From: Caecitellus pseudoparvulus
Taxonomy: Eukaryota; Protista; Bigyra: Bicosoecida
NCBI GenBank assembly: GCA_965644315.1
Contig: CBFFRQ010000053.1
Span: 1-64,000, forward strand
DNA: 64,000 bases
Reading direction: 5' to 3'
Every line of letters begins with the position of its first letter. The first letter of the stretch is position 1. Of the stretch, positions 10,234 to 20,000 are shown piece after piece. The notes beneath the pieces are model-generated. The model was not told the DNA's origin and ran no database searches. It was given only the letters and a program-made list of their open reading frames with translations. The position numbers and the translations under genes are program-made.

Positions 10234-11150
10234 GAGGTCTCACCGGAAGGCTGCCTGCACCTTGACCATGCTTCTTGCGGCGGGGCACGACAGAGCACTC
10301 CCACAGGCGAGTGGTGCACACGATAGCCACAGTGAGATGTGTCAGGGGGTGAGGCTTTTGCAATCGAGGACAATGAGAGCAGGTTGCGGTTGGCAGACTG
10401 CGCCGGCAAGGCGAAGTTGACGTCATGCCAGGCTGGTACAGGGTTCGAACTGCTGTTGCTGGACTGGGGGCAGCTTGGTTGGTGGAGATGCAGACCTGAC
10501 ATGCCCGAAAAGTATGTGAAGCGCGAGCCTTGGCTGCGAAGTTCCCGGCAGTGGTGTGTGGATTGGACTTTCTCTTGGCGTTCCTCGCCTGTGGTTGTGG
10601 GATTCCTTAGTGTGGCGTGCGAATTCGCTGCTGGTGGTTTTGTTGATACTAGTCTGAATCACAGGCAAAGCCTACCCATGCACTCTTCTGGCTTATCACT
10701 TCACTGCACGTCCTGTTCGGCCTGGCACTGGCACTGCTTCAGTCACGAGGCCAAGCTACCCACACTCTCCACCTTGGCACAAAACAAACCAAACACTGTT
10801 TTGGGCAACCGAAATCTTTCTTGGAAACCAGAATACGCGGACCTTCGTTCGCACTCTCATGCTGTGAAGCTTTCTATCCCTGCACAGTGTCAGGAGGTGG
10901 TGCGTGTCGCACTGGCGTGTCTTGCTTTTTCGATTTCCGCACGAGAAGCCCTGCCACATTCTTCGCACAATTTCTGACACAGCGGCTGCCTCTTCTTATC
11001 CGCAGGCGTGGCAGTAATAGGATCCCTCTGCTACTCTGCTGCATTCCTGCTCCCTTCCGTACGACATCACGGGGCGTCACTTGTACGGACGTGTCTCGAC
11101 CTGTGGCTCCATCTTCAGCGTCGGCCTGTGGCATCTTGAAACCACTCATC

Positions 11151-12542
11151 ATGGCAGCCGCTGGTGATCCAGCCTCTCTCAAGGCCCAGTGGGGAGCTGC
11201 TTGTGAAGAGGGTGATGTTGATCAGCTGTGGCACATTTTGCAGCAAGACAGCGCTCAGAGCGCCACTTTGACTGAGGCACTGTCGAGCTTAGACACAACA
11301 GCTGGGTTTCGAGTTGCGTGCCAAAAGGGCCATTTGGAGCTGGTGTGTGGCTTGCTGGGTCTGATTGGTGGCCTGGCGGTGGATGTGCACGCGGCAGATG
11401 GGGTCGGACCCGAAGCCGCATTTCGAGCAGCTTGTCGCAGAGGCCACACAGGCATTGTGCGTGAGCTGCTGTCCCTCACTGGTGAGCAGCAAGTGGACGT
11501 GCACGCGGTGGGTTGGGATGGACCTGAGGCCGCCTTCCGAGATGCATGTTACAATGGCCACACAGCCATTGTGTGTGAGCTGCTGGCCCTCACTGGCGAG
11601 CAAGAAGTGGATGTTCATGCAGCTGCTTGGGGGAAAGCCGAGGCCGCCTTTCAAGGTGCATGCGCAAATGGCCACACAGACATCGTGCGTGAGCTGCTGG
11701 CCCTGACTGGGGCGCGGGAAGTGGATGTGCACGCGGCGGGTGGGGGTGGACCCGAAGCGGCCTTCCGACAGGCATGCACCAAAGGTCACACTGACATTGT
11801 CCGAGTTTTGCTGGGCCTGACTGGGGCGCGGGAAGTGGATGTGCACGCGGCAAATAAGGGTGGACATGAAGCGGCCTTCCGGGATGCATGCCGCTATGGC
11901 CACATCGACGTCGTGCGCGAGCTGCTTGGCCTGACTGGGGCGCGGGAAGTAAATGTGTTCGCGGCAGCGTGGGGTGGACCCCAAGCCGCCTTCCAAGATG
12001 CATGCCGTTATGGCCACATCGACGTCGTGCGTGAGCTTCTTGTCCTTTCTGGTGCGCGGGAAGTGGATGTTCACATGGCGGATGGGGTCGGACCTGAAGC
12101 AGCCTTCCGCTGGGCATGCCGCAGTGGCCACACCGACGTCGTGCGTGAGCTTCTCACCCTTTCTGGTGCGCGGGAAGTGGATGTTCACGTGGCGGATGGG
12201 GTCGGACCTGAAGCGGCCTTCCGATTGGCCTGCGAGGATGGCCACACCGACGTCGTGCGTGAGCTTCTCGTCCTTTGTGGTGCGCGGGAAGTGGATGTTC
12301 ACGCGGCGAACCCGGATGGAGTTCAGGCTGCTCTGCACCGGGCACGGCTCTGGAGGCACATGTCAATCGTGTCTGAGTTTCTTGGCCTCACTGGTCACCG
12401 TGCGATCCCAGCTCAAGTCTGGCTTCAAGAAGGAGAGTCTGTTGCACAAGCTGCGCGTGATGCAGTGTGGACTGGCACCAGCACGCGGTGTGGGCGGCGT
12501 GCGATGCTCATGCTAAAAACTCGTGGTGCGGGACGTGCGTGA
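11151..12542 (+). CDS. Ankyrin-repeat protein, 463 aa, ~9-10 repeats of 38 aa (114 bp)
   Basis: ATG 11151 (MAAAGDPASLK). Unit VDVHA..G.GPEAAFR.AC..GH.DVVRELL.L.GARE starts at 11379, 11493, 11607 ... 12291, with exact 114-bp spacing. Confidence 0.9.
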   Translation: MAAAGDPASLKAQWGAACEEGDVDQLWHILQQDSAQSATLTEALSSLDTTAGFRVACQKGHLELVCGLLGLIGGLAVDVHAADGVGPEAAFRAACRRGHTGIVRELLSLTGEQQVDVHAVGWDGPEAAFRDACYNGHTAIVCELLALTGEQEVDVHAAAWGKAEAAFQGACANGHTDIVRELLALTGAREVDVHAAGGGGPEAAFRQACTKGHTDIVRVLLGLTGAREVDVHAANKGGHEAAFRDACRYGHIDVVRELLGLTGAREVNVFAAAWGGPQAAFQDACRYGHIDVVRELLVLSGAREVDVHMADGVGPEAAFRWACRSGHTDVVRELLTLSGAREVDVHVADGVGPEAAFRLACEDGHTDVVRELLVLCGAREVDVHAANPDGVQAALHRARLWRHMSIVSEFLGLTGHRAIPAQVWLQEGESVAQAARDAVWTGTSTRCGRRAMLMLKTRGAGRA

Positions 12543-12911
12543 GGTTGAGTCCCAGCACAGTCGCTGACTGCAACAGCGCTTTTTCCTCTCGCGCACCCTC
12601 CAACTCCCCAGGCGCCCAGCCAGAATCATGCATTACAGAGCGACACCCCTTTTCAGATCTTGAACGGCATTCAAGACATACCTATGCCCACTCCTTGAAA
12701 TTCGGCGTCATTTGTCTTTCGAGGCAAGCCGATCATGTGTATCCCGCCCATGTTGTCGCTGCCAAGCACACCCAAGCAGCTGGGAGCACGACGGAGACGT
12801 GTATCATGCAAGCCAGCATCGTCAACTTTTTCTGTGGCAGTGCAGTACACAATGAAGAGATCCACACCATCCTGTTGAGAGATGGATTCAAAGAAGGTGG
12901 CAACGCGTCGC

Positions 12912-13456
12912 TCATCTCCCCGACGCCACGAAACACCCTGCATCCGAGCCCACCACCCCGCCCTTCTCAACGCTCACAGCCCCGTCCCGCCTGCCTGCCA
13001 CACTGCACAGTGGCAGGCGGGTGGTGAATGCCGAGGCGAGGCGTGACACGGCCAGGAGTGCCCCCACAGCAGCTGGTGTGGCCCTGCCACCACGTAGTTG
13101 CCCCCCAGCATCGCCGTCCCACAGGCTAACACGCTCCCACAAGCATTGCTGTGTGCAGCATGGTTGGCTTGGGCGTGAAGTGCCTACACTTCAGTGAAAG
13201 GAGCAAGCGCATGCTTTGAAGGTAGCGCTGTGTCTACAGCAGCACGGAGGCCAGTCAGCGCAAGCAGGTCATGGAGCAAAGTAAGGTTGCCATTCCAACT
13301 CGCCCAGAGGAAGCTCCCAATCGTCCCTTCGCTTGTCAGTCCTTGCACAAACGACACAGCTTTCTGGCAAGTCCCTTGCATGATATCCAGCATGAGCCCA
13401 TCATCGTTAGTGCAGCAAGTCTCGCTCCATAGCGTGGATGCATCTGCAAAGTCCAT
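12912..13456 (-). pseudogene. Short diverged paralog of the neighbouring ankyrin gene (N-cap + one repeat; C-cap-like remnant in another frame)
   Basis: LWSETCCTNDDGLMLDIMQ...GLTSEGTIGSFLWASWNGNLTLLHDLLALTGLRAAVD aligns by eye with QWGAACEEGDVDQLWHILQ...ALSSLDTTAGFRVACQKGHLELVCGLLGLIGGLAVD. SLWDGDAGGQLRGGRA loosely resembles AVWTGTSTRCGRRA. Confidence 0.6.
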
Positions 13457-14007
13457 ATCGATTTGGCGTGGTGCATCATTACCTTCTTCGCGGTATTTGG
13501 CTGACGCAGCTCGGGAAGTGCCGGGTAAGCCCCATAGTGAATTAACCTATACGTTACAGTTGATCTGATCCAGTGCGCTCTCGTTTGGTACGCTTTTGAT
13601 CGAGGCCGAGGTCGAGGAAGGTGGCATGGGGCGATAGTGACAGCTTGTCGCCATCCCAAAGCTCACCACTGAGTATATAGGTTTCAGCCTTGGCTTGAAG
13701 GAACTGCCACACTGGTGCAGGTCGCTGCGACCATCACTCGGCACAATTGAAACGCAGCGAGGCTACAAGCGCCGTGAGATCTCCTGCGCGCCTCTGAGCT
13801 GGCGTTTGAGCTTTGCTCGAGCCACAGCAATGTGCCTCATTCGCGCACACAATCATTCGGCACAGGACCAATTTGCCCATTTCCAGTACATTCCCACACA
13901 CACGACAAGCAGTGTTCTTCGAGTACAAAGCAAGATCTCCATGGCAAATACTTGCTTACTCGAACCCCTCATGTGGACGTGCATCCTTTCCTCGAAAGGA
14001 AGTATTA

Positions 14008-17000
14008 CTAGACCACACTCTTTCGGCCGTAGTCCTGAATCCACACCTTTGGGTCAGGTGATGTGGGTGGGGTGACCTGTCCCTTCGATTGCTGCTCGTG
14101 GGATGACAGTCGCCTAACAACACTGAGCGCTGGTGCTTTGGAAATGCTTGACCGCAGGGTTTGCAGGTGGCTCTGAACAGTTGGCGAAGACAACAGAGAG
14201 TGCGCGACGAACCCTACAGTCACCATGACGAAGACCACATTCATGAAGATGACGGACCAGGTCGCCACGGCGTGCATGGCTGCGGATGCCTCCTGGTCCA
14301 ACAGAGTAAAGCCAGAGGCCAACGTGGAGATGGTCACCAGTAGGCTGGCACTCTCTGTGTGATTTACAAGCGGAAGGCGATATGGGCTCAGAGTAGCATG
14401 TGCCCCCAGAGCAGCGACCATGAGCAGGATACCGAAATGCGCCTGCGTTCCAGTGCCTGCAGGTGCGAGCAGCACTGAAATGCACGCCAGGGCAACCTTT
14501 CGGCCCTGCACTGCAGCTTCCCAGAAGTAACGCCCTGGAACGTACGCTGCGTAAAGAAAGCCGTACACCTGCCGCGTCGCATGGGTCTCCAGCGTGGCCC
14601 TGTGGACCCAGAGGAAAGTCATTGACGCCACAGTGATGCCACAGCTGTACAGGATGAAAGCAGACAGTCCGATCCCATACATCCACGCCTGGTGTTGAGG
14701 GTCATCGCAGGAGATCTGCACATCCCCCACTAGGAAGGCTCGCCCTCCGATCTTTCTGCACGTGAACAAGCTCAGGGCAGATCGAGTCAACCCCAAGTGC
14801 AGCACAAAGCACATGACGAGGAAAGACACCACAATGCCTTGCTCTGGGGGCGTACGGTAGCGCCTCCGGCCAATAAGTGCGCGGCCGCGCAGCGCTCGCT
14901 GCACACTCAAGCCCCGTCTTCGAGCTCGCATGGGATTCGACACGCGCGTCTCACGACCAGTGTGAGCATTTCGTTGTAGTTCTCTCCATGATGCATCTTG
15001 ATGTTCAGATGTGCTGAGTGTGGCAGAGGTTTGAGTGCTCACCTTGGGGGGATCTTGTCGGTGGAAACGAAAAATGCTCGCTGAGACGGTGCCGTCAGTC
15101 TGCCAGATCAAGGGCACGAGGAATCGCCAGACGATCAAAATGCCCACACCCAACACAACAGGCAAGAGGAGCGTGAGGATTTGCGTGCCCCGAAAGGCGC
15201 TCGTGGAGTCCAACCCCAAACAGTTTATGCTGATGAGTTCGTCGCCCACACTGCTGGCAGCGTCGAAAGCACTAAACAAGCTACGAAGCTCAGACGGCCA
15301 GGCTAACGGAAAGGCAGCAGCAATTCCCACCTGCTGGAGGTGTGTGAAAAGAACCTTGTTCAGAGCCACATGTGCTTTTGGACGGGCCCCTTCAGACTCA
15401 AGAGCGCTTCGAGTCAGCGCGGCGACCAGCACTCCAGCCACAGCGACACCGCCCACAACGCTAAGCCAGTTCAACCATATCGGGGCACAGCGAGGACAGG
15501 GTTCGCTGCCATCTCCCTGCCCAGTGTAACCTTCTGCACAGGCTGCACATAGCGGGCCCGTGCGACTGGCTTCGCAGGAAGACTGCTGGTGAGTGGCGAG
15601 TATGTTGGAAGTGTTCCCAGCTGCGGACGTGGTCAGGGCCGCAGCACCCAAGCCAGGCAGCGCTTGGAATGCCGAGGATGTGTAGTGCCTTGACGGCACT
15701 TGAACGGGGCTATGCGACTCTCCCGGGCAAACGTCCTCTGACACACAAGCCTCGAAGCTGACATCTGGCTCCCTCCATGGAATCCTGAACCAGCCAGGCG
15801 CAGCGAGCACACGCTCCCACTCAGCTCCATTGCACACAGCGCCTTGTGGACATGGTCTGCAGGTGACTTGCGGCCAGCGCCCTTCGCCCAGCTCGTGTGT
15901 CGCGAGGTACTCTGCAGCGGCACAAGCAGGAAGCAGCGGCCCAACTTCAGTGCTGAGAGGTCCTCGAAGCACTCGCCCTGCAGACTCTCCAAGCACTCCA
16001 GCCGCAACTGAAACCCAAAACGGCTGTGCAGGTGCATCTGCAATGCGCACAGACAAGTCCAGCATGCTGGGGTGCTCTGTCAAACCCCGACATACCCTTG
16101 GAGTGTACACATTGCGCAGGATGTCCCCTGCCGCGCCACCAGCCAGGGAAACAAGGCGGGTGGAGGCATTGACACGCGAGATGAGCCCACCATGAAGAAT
16201 CACTCCGAAGGAGACATGCCAGGCGCCCACAGGGGACAGCAGCGTGGCGGCATCATCGGTCCAGTTGAATGCCACACGTGCCGCGCCAGCCTCGTCCCTG
16301 TACGGGCACACAGCCGTCGGGGCTGAAACCGGCGCCCTGGGGGCCAAGGTGTACGAGAAAGAGTGCGGAAGCACAGCCGTGTGACCACTCGTCAAAGAAA
16401 TGGCGACATCGAGGCTGAAGACATCAGCAAGCTCGTCAGACGCTGGCTCTGGCACACGCAGGGTGATTATGCTGTCACTGCCTCGATTGAACGTTGTGAC
16501 TTGCCGAGCGCCGATCCGAACAGCTGCAATGTCCGTTTGTGCCAGGCCGAACCCCGAGCCTGTGACTGTCAGCGTGTCGTTGACAGCTGCACTCGAAGAG
16601 GAGAGTTCAGAGATCTGCGGTGGCCCCATGATGCGCAGCGTACCGAGGGAAGACATAACCGTCAAGTTCTGCGCGGTTTGGATCGTGATGGTCGTGTCAG
16701 CCATGCGCCCCGAGACGAGTGGCGCTAACGCAGCCGTGTGGAACCCACGACACTCCAAACTGCCTGAGAAAGTGAACACCAGCTCCCCACCTGCCTGGGC
16801 GCAGGAGACACCAGGCGCACTGCCAAACAGCAGGCGAGCACGGCTCCTTGGCCCGTCATCCAAGGCCAGGCCAGTGACTGAAACATTCCTGATCTGTTGG
16901 CTGCCTTGAGGCGCCGGCTGCACCAGCCCGCCCAGTACGGTCAGCACTTCGGGTCGAGTGAACTGTAGGGCGTCTTGCAAGATGGCGGAATGGCCAGAAA

Positions 17001-20000
17001 CGAGCGTGATGTTGACACTTGCTGTCTGTGCACTGTCTGGGGGACGAGGCACGGTCACTGACACGCTGGTCGAGGTACAGCTGCGTACTGTAGCTGGCTG
17101 TGAGCCAATCCGAATGAAGTACACGTCGTTCAAAGTATTTTGGCAGAACCCGATGCCAAGGATATTCAAAACCTGCCCACCAGCCGCAGAGACGAGCGGG
17201 GGGACCACTGCAGACACTTTTGGCAGGCTCAGGACCTGCACACCCACGCCTGGAGCGAAACTGGCCTGGGCGCCACGAACATGAACGAAAGAGGCTGCTC
17301 CAGGAACCACAGCTGCGGTGTCCACCCAGCAGCTCAAGCAAGTGGCGTTCAACTGGGCCTGGAAAGCACATGGGGCCCCGGCGACTTGGATGGCAACGTC
17401 AGCTGCCGTCAGCGCCTGCCCAGGGGGAGACCAGTGTGTGCCAAGTGTGCAAAGCTGCATAGTGACGATCCCGCCAGGGTGATTAGCCTTCCAGGGCAGG
17501 AGTGTGTTCGGCCAAATAGAGTGGACTGATGGAGCGGCATACTGAAACTGTCCGTGCAGGACGTGCCCGCCTGCGAGGAAAACTCGAACGGACTCTGCGT
17601 TGCCTGCTCCCGCAGGTGCCATGCAGCTGACTTCGCTGCTGTCCACCCAGGAAACACTGTGGCAAGCTCCCCAGTCACTCACTTCGACACGTAACACGTC
17701 CAAGGCCACTGCTCCGATGCCACTGCCGCGAATGGTGATGGCCTGTTCATGCTCTGTGCTGCCTGGACCGCTTGAGATGATTCGTAGGGGAGTCATATCA
17801 GGCGGGGGCACGATCTTGAGCACATCTAGCTGTGTGAATGACTCACCAAACGCAGTGACTGCGATTGGGGACGCTGACTTGCTCAGCCCCGCAACACGTA
17901 AGCCGACACATGTCAAGCTCCAAACATGCGGCAATGGCCGGTCCCAAACGAGTCCCGGACACCCCTGCCCTGCGATGAAGAGGCTGGACACAGCACTCGC
18001 GTTGTGGCCCAAGTACCGCCCTTGCAGTGTCACATTCACGGTGTTGTTGCTGCTTGCATGTCCGACCTGGACAGCTGGGGGCGTAGCTTCCAGGAACTCT
18101 GGGGCGCCCACTTCAATGCCGACGTCTTTGGCAGCTTCCTGACCGCCCACCGTGATCCGCACAGCCGCTCGAAATGGCAGTCCTGCAGCCCAATCCTCAC
18201 TGCCCTGTAGTGCAGAGCGTGAGGGGAGGCGGCAGAAGGCCTCACCGTCGGTGAAGGAGAAGACACCTGCTGAGATGAGCGGGCACTCGATGCCGCCCAC
18301 AATCACAGCGGCTTGGCTAACATCCACCCCAAAGTTCCTCCCAATCAGTCGAAGTGCTTGCCCTCCTGCGGGATCCGCAACAAGCGCAGTAATCGGGTTG
18401 TCGCGCGAATCTACGACGACTGTGTCGAGGCGCGGAGGAGCGTATGAGACCAGCCGCCCCCGGCGCACAACAGGAACAAAGGCTTCGGGGCCTGAAAGGA
18501 TTGTCACGCTCAAGTTCGCGCCCACTCCAGCGCCCACAGTGCACTCAAGCTGGTCCCATTCAGGCACCTCCACTTGAGTGCAGGGCACGGACCTGTTGCC
18601 AATGAACACCTGTGGCACGCCCCACATTGCCACCCAATGCAGCTGCCCCCCAAGGCGGATGCGTGCTCCCAGACCTGGCACGACAATATGCTCTCCCCAC
18701 ACACCTGTGGACACATCAGCCACTTCGTCGATGCTCGCAGTTGGCGTGCGCTGCCACCACACAGGCAGGCTGGGGACATACGAACACACATTGTTCACTC
18801 CCCACTTCACAAACACTTGGCCAGGGCATGAATCGGCACGATTCAATGGTCCGACTCCCATACTGGTCAAATCTTGGAGGAGCTGCACAGATTCCTGTTC
18901 AAGTTCTGGAACCGCTCTCAGGTTTGGAGACAGCCTCGCATCGATGTCTGCCGGCAGGGACATCAGGGATGGGTGCAGAAATCGGGAAGAAACTACACGC
19001 AGCTCACGACGAGTCCAATCGATTTTGAGCTCAGGATCTACGAGATCTTCAGTCACGCTCAAAGTGTGTCCGTATCCCATGCCCGTCTGTGAGCTCCCAA
19101 AGCAGGCAATCGAGCCGGAACCCTTGACAACGCAGGAAAACGTGTTGGTTGGTACTGTAGACACCACATCGCCTCCAACAGGGATGCTGATCTCAGACAG
19201 GTCTGCAGAGTCGTGCCCTAGGTTGGACACCCCTGTCGGCTGCCCGAGCCGGCCATGCGAGTTGCTGCCCCAGCACAAGCTGCTGCCATCCGCACGGGCA
19301 ATGCAGGATGTGAACGTTGAGACACTGACCGCGACGGCCTCTCCGACGGGTGCGATGTATGAATCGAGGCTGGAAAATGGAGTGGAAACGCTGCCCTGAT
19401 ACCAGCAGCCTCGACAGCCGAGTCTCCCAGTGCTGGTGGTGTCTGAGCCCCAGCAGACAATAGAGCTGTTCACCAGCAACGCACAGCTGTGAAAATAGCC
19501 AACAGAGACAGCAGCAACTGGCCCAATAGGAATGCTTGTCGTGTTGGTCAGCTCCCCTGGCGCATCGCCGATGTTCCCTGAGCTCATCCCATTCCCAAGT
19601 CGCCCTGCTTGCGCCCAGCCCCAGCACACTGCCGTGCCATCTCGACGCACGCCACATGCGTGATCATCCGCAGCAGCGACGCTGGCCATGGGCCCAATGT
19701 CTGGAATGGCCAGGGATGGTGTCAACTCACCAAGGTCGTCTCCAATAATGCTCGTGTGCCCAAGCCCCAGCTGCCCACGGTGGTTCAACCCCCAGCACAC
19801 CGTGGAACCTGCGACATCGCCACGCACAGCACAGGAGAAGCGATACCCAGCAGACACAGACACAAAGCCGGATCCAATGTTCACTCGGCGGGCGTCTTGA
19901 AACATGGACTCACGTGTCTCCCCGATGCTAAATTCGGTTCCAGGAAACCCGACAGATCCAGTCTGATAGTTGTAGCCCCAGCAAAGGATCTCACGGGTAT

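Noticed and set aside
8223-11150. Terminal inverted repeats or target-site duplication for the DDE-like element
   Set aside because: No inverted match to the sequence next to the telomeric tract was found by eye near 10700-11150.
11289-12359. 356-aa antisense ORF over the ankyrin array, and the many other 100-430-aa ORFs overlapping long genes (e.g. 61478-62779, 62133-63341)
   Set aside because: Shadow ORFs caused by high GC, codon bias and repeats; no independent motifs.
11379-12400. CRISPR-like regularly spaced repeats (also 29300-30970)
   Set aside because: These are in-frame coding repeats without unique spacers, in a eukaryotic context with no cas genes.
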